From IMG/VR virus record IMGVR_UViG_2061766007_000136: a stretch of DNA of 40,316 nucleotides, one strand, 5' to 3'. The translations under genes and the position numbers were made by a program. The notes below the pieces were generated by a model. It was not told the origin of the DNA, did not search any database, and saw nothing but the letters and a program-made list of their open reading frames with translations. The DNA comes from an uncultured virus (IMG/VR IMGVR_UViG_2061766007_000136) (lineage: Duplodnaviria > Heunggongvirae > Uroviricota > Caudoviricetes). Shown here piece by piece: positions 32,277 through 40,316 of the stretch; positions within the stretch are counted from its first letter, which is position 1, and each line of letters begins with the position of its first letter.

Positions 32277-33536
32277 TTATTTCGTCTTGGACGGAACAAC
32301 TGTTTGTGCAGGAGTTGTTGTAATGCCAGCCAGTTCATTGGCTTTCTGAACAGTCAACATGTTGATGAGCTGGTCAACAGCATTCGTGGCTTTCGCACTA
32401 TCCGCAGTTGTTCCACCATTCACAAACAACGTGGTCGGGAGCTTGATTTGAGCAAGACCCTTGCTAATGGACTCGGCAATCTTGGTCTTGGCTTCAAGAG
32501 TCTTCTCCAAAGTAATCTTTTCAGATTCCTTCATTTCGCCAGCAAGTTCAATGGCTTTCTGCTTGGCTTCTGCTTCGGCAATCTTCTGCTCAGCTTGTAC
32601 TTTCACAGTTTCAAGTTTCGTCTTTTCCATTTCAAGCGTAATCTTAGCGACTTCCGCTTCCTTTTCAGCTTCAATCTTCGCGACTTCAGCTTCTTTTTTA
32701 GCCTTCGCTTCTGCTTCCTTCTTGTCAAGTTCGGCAACTGCGACACGCTGTTCACCAGCGATTTCGGCAAGTTTTTTCTCCTTTTCAGCATCGGTCTCGG
32801 CTTTCATCTTTTCAACTTCCGCCTTACCTTTCGCTTCTGCAATCTGCATCTGAGCCTCAGCCTCAACACGTTTCTTCTCCATCACGAATTTGGCTTCCTG
32901 CACTTCTGCGATACGCTTCTGCTGTTCAGCTTCACGAGCCTGTTCAAACGCCGCCACAGTCTTGTCGTCAGGCTTGACCTTTGTGATGGTGAACTGAGAA
33001 ATCCTAATTCCAATTTCCTCGAAATCCTTATTATTCAGAAGCTTGCTTCTGATAGCCTCGATGAATTCACCCTTTTTATCCGTTGATGCATCAGTTGCGG
33101 TGAATTTACCTGCTTCGCAAATAGCTGTTTCACGAAGAACTGCCAAAATACGTTTATCAATCACATCGTCGTCACCCTTCGCCAATGCATGCATTCGTAA
33201 AACACTTTCATCATCGGTAAGAAGTTCATAGGTAATCTGGAAACTGACCTTTCCTTGGGAACGGTCGGAGAAGAAGACTTCTGCACCGTCGTTATCCTTG
33301 GATTCCTGTTCCTCAAACGAAAATGCCACTTGGCGCGTCTTATCGTAAGGCCAGACAGAGGCGAACTTCTTGATGTAGAATCCTGGTTCCTTTCGGATAG
33401 TCGTCTTGCCAGAAACACCCTGTACGACCTGAATCTGCGAGACGTTGTTGACTTCAAACAAGGACTTGTACGAAACGCAAGCAAAAATGACTGCGATGAC
33501 GATTCCCACAAGCAGGAAAATAAGCTTTTTACTCAT
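32277..33536 (-). CDS. SPFH/band-7 (flotillin-like) membrane protein
   Basis: N-terminal TM helix, band-7-like domain, long Ala/Glu/Lys coiled coil. Confidence 0.85.
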   Translation of the reverse strand: MSKKLIFLLVGIVIAVIFACVSYKSLFEVNNVSQIQVVQGVSGKTTIRKEPGFYIKKFASVWPYDKTRQVAFSFEEQESKDNDGAEVFFSDRSQGKVSFQITYELLTDDESVLRMHALAKGDDDVIDKRILAVLRETAICEAGKFTATDASTDKKGEFIEAIRSKLLNNKDFEEIGIRISQFTITKVKPDDKTVAAFEQAREAEQQKRIAEVQEAKFVMEKKRVEAEAQMQIAEAKGKAEVEKMKAETDAEKEKKLAEIAGEQRVAVAELDKKEAEAKAKKEAEVAKIEAEKEAEVAKITLEMEKTKLETVKVQAEQKIAEAEAKQKAIELAGEMKESEKITLEKTLEAKTKIAESISKGLAQIKLPTTLFVNGGTTADSAKATNAVDQLINMLTVQKANELAGITTTPAQTVVPSKTK

Positions 33537-33591
33537 AACGGAACTCCTTTGGTTTACTTTACTTTTACTTTTCTAATTAACTACAACTACT

Positions 33592-34713
33592 TTACTTATC
33601 TTCTTTGACTTTTTCTTCTCCGTCGGCATGGTAGCCACCAAGGAATGCGTTGAGCTTGTTTTCCTGCTCCTTCGCTTCCTTTGCCTCGGCTTCGCGTTGC
33701 TTTGCCTCCTTTTCCAGTCTCGACTGCTCGTCNNNNNNNNNNCTTCGCCAAGGCATGCATCCGCAGTACGCTTTCGTTGTCGGTAAGCAGTTCATAGGTA
33801 ATCTGGAAGCTGACCTTGCCTTTGGAACGGTCGGAGAAGAAGACTTCTGCACCGTCATTATCCTTGGATTCCTGTTCTTCGAACGAGANNNNNNNNNNNN
33901 NNNNNNNNNNNNNNNNNNNNNNNNNNNNNNNNNNNNNNNNNNNNNNNNNNNNNNNTCCTTTCGGATGGTCGTCTTGCCAGAGACACCCTGTACGACCTGA
34001 ATCTGCGCGACGTTGTTGACTTCAAACAAGGACTTGGACATGACGCAGGCAAAAATGACTGCGATGACGATTGCCCCAAGCAGGAAAATAAGCTTTTTGC
34101 TCATAACGGAACTCCTTTGGTTTACTTTACCTTTACTTTTANNNNNNNNNNNNNNNNNNNNNNNNNNNNNNNNNNNNNNNNNNNNNNNNNNNNNNNNNNN
34201 NGTAGCCACCAAGGAATGCAGCGAGCTTGCTCTCCTGCTCCTTCGCTTCCTTCGCCTCGGCTTCGCGTTGCTTTGCCTCCTTTTCCAGTCTCGACTGCTC
34301 GTCNNNNNNNNNNNNNNNNNNNNNNNNNNNNNNNNNNNNNNNNNNNNNNNNNNNNNNNNNNNNNNNNNNNNNNCAAGCGGGATGAACGCAATAACGACAA
34401 CACCAAGCAAAAAAAGTTTCCACATAGTCATGCTCCTTTTCTATTGTTTCCACGAAACCACTTCTTTCCATTATACCCCGCCATCATTCGGTCAAGGCGG
34501 TTCTGCTGATAGTCAAGCTCCGTATGCGAATTGCTCAGGCTTGAATCAAGACCNNNNNNNNNNCTTGATTCCCTTAATAACGTCCGACGCATTCTTCTTT
34601 TTTTCCTCATCCTCGCTCGTCAACCAGTTATATCCTTTGTCCAGACACTTCATGGCAAGCGGGATGAACGCAATAACGATAATACCAAGCAAAAAAAGTT
34701 TCCACATAACCAT
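33592..34713 (-). other. gap-rich region: two small membrane-protein paralogues plus redundant allelic fragments of the SPFH 5' end
   Basis: M(T/V)MWKLFLLG..VIAFIPL twice; MSKKLIFLL repeated between N-gaps. Confidence 0.6.
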
Positions 34714-34719
34714 GCTCCT

Positions 34720-35181
34720 TTACTTATTTTTAAACCACTTTTTCTTTCTGAATTCATTCAGAAGCTCTTCTTTCTTTCCATACAGTTTCATCATGCTCTG
34801 ATTGACGACCGAACCCAAATCTAGACTGTTAAGCAAATCAACGCCCTGCTTTATCTTCTCTTCAAGATGAGCCAACTTTTCTTCCGCATTAGCTCTAGCG
34901 CAGTCGCCTTTGTTCCGATAGACCTTCTCTGGTTTGAACCAGTACGACTTGTCTTCAATGAAGGCATCGCCTATCGCTTCTGCGCTCATGGCAATGCTGT
35001 TCGGAATAATCAGCTTCACGCCTTTTATCTGCACCTTGTCTTCTGTGCAAATGATGCTGAATGCCTTGACCTTGAACTTCTGTATGATTTCACCTGGACA
35101 CATTATAGCCACGCCAGTCCCTTCTCCATTTCCACGGATAATCTTCTGTAGCGTCTCTATATCTTTTACGTCTTCAAACAT
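34720..35181 (-). CDS. hypothetical protein
   Basis: ORF with AGGAG SD downstream of a promoter. Confidence 0.75.
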   Translation of the reverse strand: MFEDVKDIETLQKIIRGNGEGTGVAIMCPGEIIQKFKVKAFSIICTEDKVQIKGVKLIIPNSIAMSAEAIGDAFIEDKSYWFKPEKVYRNKGDCARANAEEKLAHLEEKIKQGVDLLNSLDLGSVVNQSMMKLYGKKEELLNEFRKKKWFKNK

Positions 35182-35216
35182 TCTGTCTTCTCCTAATCCG
35201 CGATTGCTTTTCAATT

Positions 35217-35244
35217 AATATGAACCACAATCGCGGATTGTCAA
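35217..35244 (-). promoter_or_regulatory. sigma70-like promoter
   Basis: TTGACA-N16-CATATT. Confidence 0.7.
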
Positions 35245-35258
35245 GTCATCGCGAATCC

Positions 35259-36323
35259 TCACTTTTCTCCTTTCAACAGATACTTATTGGACACAGCCTT
35301 GAACAGGATTGGTTTCAAGGAAGACTCTTCCTGCTTGTAAACCAAGCCCTCACGAGGATTTCCGTTCTCGGTCAGACCATCGGAATAGGCAAGGAGTTCA
35401 TCCGTGTCCTTAAATGTATCAAACGGCTTGAAGTGCCGTGCAATCACTGGGACATGCGGGACACCGTACTTCTCGCACCACTCATGGCGTTCATCAGGAG
35501 ACAAGTACATCTGCTTCGTAATATTATAGATGCTGTACACGCGGAACTGCACGTCAGTGAGCTTGTCACGGTTTTTCTGAATCCCAAGTCCATGCAACTC
35601 GCCCTGAATCGCGAGTTCGATGCCAGTTTCCTTGTAATGTTGCTCCAGCTTCTCTCGCAGACCAAGTTGATTCGCTAGCTTCACAAACAGACTATTGCTG
35701 TCGAGCTTGAATTCAAGTTCATGGGAACAGACACCGAACGGGTCGTTTGCACGGTATTCAGGAGCATAGAACACGGTCATGGACTGACCGTCAATCTTGC
35801 GAGTGACTTCGAATTCCATGCCTTTCTTCTCATCGAAATAATTGGAAAGATTCTGGATTCGCTCCAATTCCGTGGACGGAATCCATCCTGGCAACAGACC
35901 TTTCGCATCTTCGCATTTGATATACTTAGACGCAATATGGTCGTAATGCTGGACATGCAGGACTTCTGCGCAGTCGGCACCAAGTTCGGCATCAACGATT
36001 TCAGGGAAGTCGCCTACAGGCATGAGCAAGCCCTGAGACAGCTTCTTGCGGAATTCCTGCGTCCGAATACGAACACATGCTTCAAGGACATTGCCGTTGT
36101 CGTCCTTGAATTCCTTATAAGAAGACTTTTTCAGGAATTCATAACGCGGGTCGTCCGCTGGCAACGCGGAATCGATTTCAAAATAGACACCGACATCCCC
36201 AGCCTTGAACTGACCTTTCGGCACGACACACTGCCATCCGCCGATGTGAGCGAGTTCGATACGGTCTGCGCCCTCAATCAGGCTGATGGAGTCAACAATC
36301 ACTTTGCGCACTAGCTTTCTCAT
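35259..36323 (-). CDS. ATP-dependent RNA ligase, DRB0094 (Rnl5) family
   Basis: N-terminal IEGADRIE..GW..VV OB domain; KIDG motif I, QGEL, REGLVYK, FKAVSNKYLLK. Confidence 0.92.
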   Translation of the reverse strand: MRKLVRKVIVDSISLIEGADRIELAHIGGWQCVVPKGQFKAGDVGVYFEIDSALPADDPRYEFLKKSSYKEFKDDNGNVLEACVRIRTQEFRKKLSQGLLMPVGDFPEIVDAELGADCAEVLHVQHYDHIASKYIKCEDAKGLLPGWIPSTELERIQNLSNYFDEKKGMEFEVTRKIDGQSMTVFYAPEYRANDPFGVCSHELEFKLDSNSLFVKLANQLGLREKLEQHYKETGIELAIQGELHGLGIQKNRDKLTDVQFRVYSIYNITKQMYLSPDERHEWCEKYGVPHVPVIARHFKPFDTFKDTDELLAYSDGLTENGNPREGLVYKQEESSLKPILFKAVSNKYLLKGEK

Positions 36324-36326
36324 TTT

Positions 36327-36593
36327 TCAATCCTTTTCCCCTTTTTCATACTTTTCAACCGCCTCTTCGATTTCCTTGCGAGCCTCGTCCTTTTCATAAC
36401 GACGCTCGGAAGAAGTAAAGAACTGCAAACGCTTCAGACGGTCTTTCGGTTCATGCTTCATTTCAGACGGATAAATGTATGCATTCACCTGCTTCTTCAG
36501 CTTGTTCCTGCTTGTCATGCGATTCCTTTTTGTTATGGTTTCCGTGTTACAGCCATAATATACATCCGTCTTCGACGATTGCAAGTCGTCCAT
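36327..36593 (-). CDS. hypothetical basic protein
   Basis: ORF filling the space between the ligase and the array; start uncertain. Confidence 0.55.
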   Translation of the reverse strand: MDDLQSSKTDVYYGCNTETITKRNRMTSRNKLKKQVNAYIYPSEMKHEPKDRLKRLQFFTSSERRYEKDEARKEIEEAVEKYEKGEKD

Positions 36594-36603
36594 TGCGATT
36601 TTT

Positions 36604-36963
36604 TTATTTTTTTTCGTTTTTTCCATTCCACGCATCAATCTTGTGCTCCATGATGCACGGGCAGTCGTCATAGCTCTCCACATTACTGGGAAGACATCCG
36701 TCCAGCTCCCACTCGAAATCCGAAAACAAAGAATCTTCGTATATTGCACGGCGCAGAAACAGCCTTCCTCCTTTCTTGAGCACGTACCTGTCGCAAACAT
36801 AGTTGTCATGTATCTCGTCCATCACACCCATCTCATCGTACTTCTTGCGGGAATAGACATGCACGTAATCAATCTTGCCTCCAGAAGGAACAAATCCGTT
36901 TACATAATAGTATATCCTACACGTATCAACAGGGCAGTTTTCGCAGACTTCACGCTTCATCAT
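36604..36963 (-). CDS. Cys-rich family member (long form)
   Basis: EVCENC...CPCIMEHKIDAWN. Confidence 0.8.
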   Translation of the reverse strand: MMKREVCENCPVDTCRIYYYVNGFVPSGGKIDYVHVYSRKKYDEMGVMDEIHDNYVCDRYVLKKGGRLFLRRAIYEDSLFSDFEWELDGCLPSNVESYDDCPCIMEHKIDAWNGKNEKK

Positions 36964-37327
36964 CCTTCTCCTTGTTCCATTCCTCAATTTTCTGCTCCGT
37001 ATAACAAAGGCATCTATCCCCTTCCTTCAGTGTTCCTTCCTCCATAAACCTTTTGAATGGATATCCGTACTTGATGCATTCATCCCAGTCAAAAAATGAT
37101 GACCACCTGTTCATATATTTTGAAATACAGATTTCACCATCCTTCTTTTCAAGCACCAGATGAGCCTTGTCCTTTGTATCAAAACTCAAATAATTATTGA
37201 CCGTGGAAACAACTGCCTTCCTTCCATCGTTCAAGCCGAACAACATCTCATATGTAGTTATATCCCCGAAATCAAAGCACAGATAGCAATGCTCACGGGA
37301 ACAGCCTTTGCATACTTCAACATTCAT
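36950..37327 (-). CDS. Cys-rich family member (long form)
   Basis: Family motif. Confidence 0.82.
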   Translation of the reverse strand: MNVEVCKGCSREHCYLCFDFGDITTYEMLFGLNDGRKAVVSTVNNYLSFDTKDKAHLVLEKKDGEICISKYMNRWSSFFDWDECIKYGYPFKRFMEEGTLKEGDRCLCYTEQKIEEWNKEKDDEA

Positions 37328-37731
37328 TTTTCTTCTCCTCTGGCAAGACTTGATATCTTGTGCTCCAACCAGTAAGGGCAGTCATCCCTGCAACTATCAT
37401 ATGGAACATATTCCTCAAACTCCCATTTGTCCTTAATCACCTTCATGTTATCTACAGATAGAAGCTTGTTCATTTCGGCTATTCTATGAGGAGCAGCGAC
37501 ATTCCACTGCCATATTGAATTCCCAGATTTTTTAACCCAGAAATTCGATGTCGCCAGCCTTATTCCTATCTCTATGCCGACAACTCTATTTTTAGCCTGA
37601 TAGTTTTTCTTCGTATGGTCGTACATCCATATCCCCATTATGTCGGCGAAACACCCGTTTTCATCCTTTCTGAAAAACATTTCGCAACAAGCGTATCGGT
37701 TGCATTTTCTGCAAATTTCAAGATTCATCAT
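37324..37731 (-). CDS. Cys-rich family member (long form)
   Basis: Family motif. Confidence 0.82.
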   Translation of the reverse strand: MMNLEICRKCNRYACCEMFFRKDENGCFADIMGIWMYDHTKKNYQAKNRVVGIEIGIRLATSNFWVKKSGNSIWQWNVAAPHRIAEMNKLLSVDNMKVIKDKWEFEEYVPYDSCRDDCPYWLEHKISSLARGEEK

Positions 37732-38092
37732 TCCTCCTGCTCAAAGCATCCAAAACATGCTCCGTATAGTATCGACAGCTTTTTCTGCTTCCATCACTAT
37801 TTGGCGCATATTTATCAAAAGGCCATGCCACCACAGTTCTTAAATTATCATGAACTTCTTCTGTCACATCCGAATGAGTCGCTGTTTCCTTATACAAATA
37901 AAAATTATTGTCTTCCTTTACGATAGCTTCTGTTGCATTTTCGAATATATGCCTGTCATCCATCCTCCTAACCACATATCTATTATGTGAATCCTTACAT
38001 ATAACTTTGGAAATTTCAACAGTATACTCAATTGTGTTGAAATATATCCAGCAATATTTCTCTTCACATTTTCTACAAATATCAAAATTCAT
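37718..38092 (-). CDS. Cys-rich family member (long form)
   Basis: Family motif. Confidence 0.82.
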   Translation of the reverse strand: MNFDICRKCEEKYCWIYFNTIEYTVEISKVICKDSHNRYVVRRMDDRHIFENATEAIVKEDNNFYLYKETATHSDVTEEVHDNLRTVVAWPFDKYAPNSDGSRKSCRYYTEHVLDALSRRNDES

Positions 38093-38531
38093 CCTTATTA
38101 TCTCTATTCCAATCCGAAATCATGTGTTCAAGTTTGTACGGGCAGTCATACCAATCTGGCCATTTGTCATCCCTTGTGATTTTCGCTTTGCAAATTTTAT
38201 CCCAGATTGTCTTCTCCTTCACTCTCCAGAAAAAAGCCTTCAACTTTTCAAACCAATTCTTTCCGTTGTAATGACATCCTTCTTTAAATATAGTTTCGTC
38301 TTTATAAAGATAGCTGAACATCGTCCGTCCGTGCTTTTGTGATGATTCAGACCAATGACAGACGCACCATTCCGTTTTGCCATCGTGAAACTGGCAATGC
38401 CAATTGTCCGCACGATATTCAGCCGTCAATCCATCTATATTATTATTTCTATGCATTATCCGCACTTCATTGTTCCTGCAAAGAAAAATATCACAATCGT
38501 CTTTACATTGTTCGCAGATTTCCTTGTTCAT
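38082..38531 (-). CDS. Cys-rich family member (long form)
   Basis: Family motif. Confidence 0.82.
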   Translation of the reverse strand: MNKEICEQCKDDCDIFLCRNNEVRIMHRNNNIDGLTAEYRADNWHCQFHDGKTEWCVCHWSESSQKHGRTMFSYLYKDETIFKEGCHYNGKNWFEKLKAFFWRVKEKTIWDKICKAKITRDDKWPDWYDCPYKLEHMISDWNRDNKDEF

Positions 38532-38926
38532 TTTCCATCCTTGTTCAAACTGTGCATCAAATGCTCCGTATAGTACGGACATCCTTTGGAATCGCTCTTT
38601 TCTGGAACCATGTCCTCAAATTTCCATTCATCTTTCCGACCCAAATGTAGTCCATTAATACCCTTGTCTTTGAACATGAACATCTTGCCGTCCTTCCATA
38701 TCATTTCGCAACCGTCCATCTCCAACCCCTGTTCCAGCTTCACATCCAGAAAAGACTCCCACCACATCAAATACTGCGCTTTGTCAACATTGTTTGGAAT
38801 ATTCCTTTTCGTCGTGAAATAGTCCCCAGCAAGCACCCTGAGAAACTCCTTTCCAGTCTCCTCGTCCTTTGTATTGAACATCCTGCACTTCGCCACTTCG
38901 CACTTCTCACACACTTCCTTGTTCAT
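38528..38926 (-). CDS. Cys-rich family member (long form)
   Basis: Family motif. Confidence 0.82.
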   Translation of the reverse strand: MNKEVCEKCEVAKCRMFNTKDEETGKEFLRVLAGDYFTTKRNIPNNVDKAQYLMWWESFLDVKLEQGLEMDGCEMIWKDGKMFMFKDKGINGLHLGRKDEWKFEDMVPEKSDSKGCPYYTEHLMHSLNKDGK

Positions 38927-39282
38927 CCTTTTTCTCCTTTATTGTTCAGAAAAGCGACAAATTGCTCCGACCAGCACGGGCACCACATCCTTGTGTATTC
39001 CGTGTCGGAGAAATAATCGTCGTAGTTCCATTCCTTCACTTCAAAATCATCGGGTTGCGGAGCGTCTGGTGGCAACGTCATCTTCTCGTAAACCAGCCTG
39101 TCTCCGTTTTTTCCTACCACCGTGGTCGAATTCATCCACAAGCCAGAGAAAAACAAATCAGATTCGTTGAGCTTGAAACTGAAGTAGTCATCCTCGTCAA
39201 GCATGATGACCGTGTGCTTGGCTTCATTGAAGAACAGCTTGCACTTGTTCACGGGGCACTGCCTGCAAATGTCGATGTTCAC
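38923..39282 (-). CDS. Cys-rich family member (long form, GTG start)
   Basis: Family motif. Confidence 0.78.
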   Translation of the reverse strand: MNIDICRQCPVNKCKLFFNEAKHTVIMLDEDDYFSFKLNESDLFFSGLWMNSTTVVGKNGDRLVYEKMTLPPDAPQPDDFEVKEWNYDDYFSDTEYTRMWCPCWSEQFVAFLNNKGEKG

Positions 39283-39734
39283 TCCTGCCCCTCCTTGCTC
39301 CATTCGGCGATTTTGTGCTCCATCTCATACGGGCATGCGAAGTTTCTTGGAAAGCCAATCGGTCCATCCTTGCATTCGCCGAGCAACTTCCAGAAGGAAT
39401 CGACCATCTTCCTCGAACGGTATGCCTTGTACCTTTTGATAGGATTCCAGCCATCATATCTGTATTGGTAGATGTCGCGCCAAGGCGCGTCGTTCGTGAA
39501 ACAGTACCCGTATCCGTACCGCTCGCTGGAATCCGTCCTGTGCTCCTTGCCGACATGCCTGATGTGGTGCGTCGAAACCCTGAAGCAAGTGTAGAAAGCA
39601 TCCTCAAGGAAGACTGGATACTTCGGAAGGAAAGGCTTCTGTGTGCAAAGCACGTAGGACTCATGGCTTTTCATGTTCATGAAGAACCAGCACTCCATGT
39701 CGCAATCCTCGCATATCCTCTTGTCAATCTTCAT
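39279..39734 (-). CDS. Cys-rich family member (long form)
   Basis: ICEDCDMEC...CPYEMEHKIAEWS. Confidence 0.8.
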   Translation of the reverse strand: MKIDKRICEDCDMECWFFMNMKSHESYVLCTQKPFLPKYPVFLEDAFYTCFRVSTHHIRHVGKEHRTDSSERYGYGYCFTNDAPWRDIYQYRYDGWNPIKRYKAYRSRKMVDSFWKLLGECKDGPIGFPRNFACPYEMEHKIAEWSKEGQE

Positions 39735-40177
39735 CGCCGTCATTCCATTCCATGAGCTTGTGTTCCATTTCATACGGGCAGGCGAACCCCTTCGGCAGGA
39801 TGATTGAGCCTTCCTTGCATCCGTCCAGCNNNNNNNNNNNNNNNNNNNNNNNNNNNNNNNNNNNNNGATAAAAGCACCTTCATTCTCTTGAAAGGGTTCC
39901 ACCCATTGTATCTGTATTGGATGTGGTCATCCCTGTAGAAGCTTTTGTCCGCCTTCCCGTATCCGAAAGTCTCGTCCCCTTCTTTCCTGTACATCTTTCC
40001 GAAATGCCTGATGTAATGGGTCGTTTCCTGAAAGCACTTGGAGAAGCAGTTCTGCAACTCATCCGACAGGTTCGGTATGTACTCCTCGTTCATGCACAAA
40101 ACATAGAACTCGTTCTTGTTCATGAAGAAAAAGCACTCCATGTCGCAATCCTCACATATCTTCCTGTTGACTTTCAT
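39718..40177 (-). CDS. Cys-rich family member (long form, N-gap inside)
   Basis: Close paralogue of 39279-39734. Confidence 0.72.
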
Positions 40178-40316
40178 TGTTGTTGCTCCATTCAGCAAGC
40201 TTGTGCTCCATCTTATACGGGCACCAGAGATGTTCTGGAATCCATGACTCGCCACTCTTGCATGTTTCAAGCACCTTCCAGAATCTTCTGGTCTTCATCC
40301 TTGAGAACAACGCCTT

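Larger units (their letters stand above)
36604..40316 (-). repeat. second block of ~10 longer Cys-rich paralogues (runs off the window)
   Basis: MN.E(I/V)C..C....C ... CPY..EH.....WN. Confidence 0.85.

Noticed and set aside
33620..34310. Second SPFH gene or repeat element
   Set aside because: Short fragments nearly identical to neighbouring sequence and separated by N-gaps; most likely an assembly artefact.
11371..40316. Long plus-strand ORFs (e.g. 12958-13956, 15732-16787, 32304-33086)
   Set aside because: These are antisense shadows of well-supported minus-strand genes, with no recognisable motifs.

Overview
Fragment of a large (jumbo/huge-type) bacteriophage-like genome from a gapped, probably metagenomic scaffold. 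Essentially everything is encoded on the minus strand in the standard code. Positions 1-10.9 kb hold a dense RNA-gene island: about 43 tRNA genes covering all 20 amino acids, a tmRNA (tag ANTDYALAA), and an HNH endonuclease lying between the two halves of a split tRNA-Thr. The island also carries many non-tRNA structured RNAs: seven stem-closed 'RCAGCA' elements (four are circularly permuted, YrlA/Y-RNA-like tRNA mimics), two ~140-nt tRNA-like RNAs with giant variable arms, a duplicated ~150-nt RNA with covariation, and a ~320-nt RNA. Immediately upstream of the island are a promoter, a 45-codon leader ORF with highly diverse codons, an antiterminator and a terminator, which together look like a ribosome-sensing attenuator for tRNA transcription. 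The region 11.3-18.3 kb contains hypothetical paralogue families, an HD-CoaD fusion and a macrodomain protein. The regions 18.3-31 kb and 36.6-40.3 kb hold about 60 translationally coupled small Cys-rich paralogues. Between those two blocks lie a DNA methyltransferase, an SPFH protein and a DRB0094-type RNA ligase. All calls were read by eye, and N-gaps limit confidence in several places.
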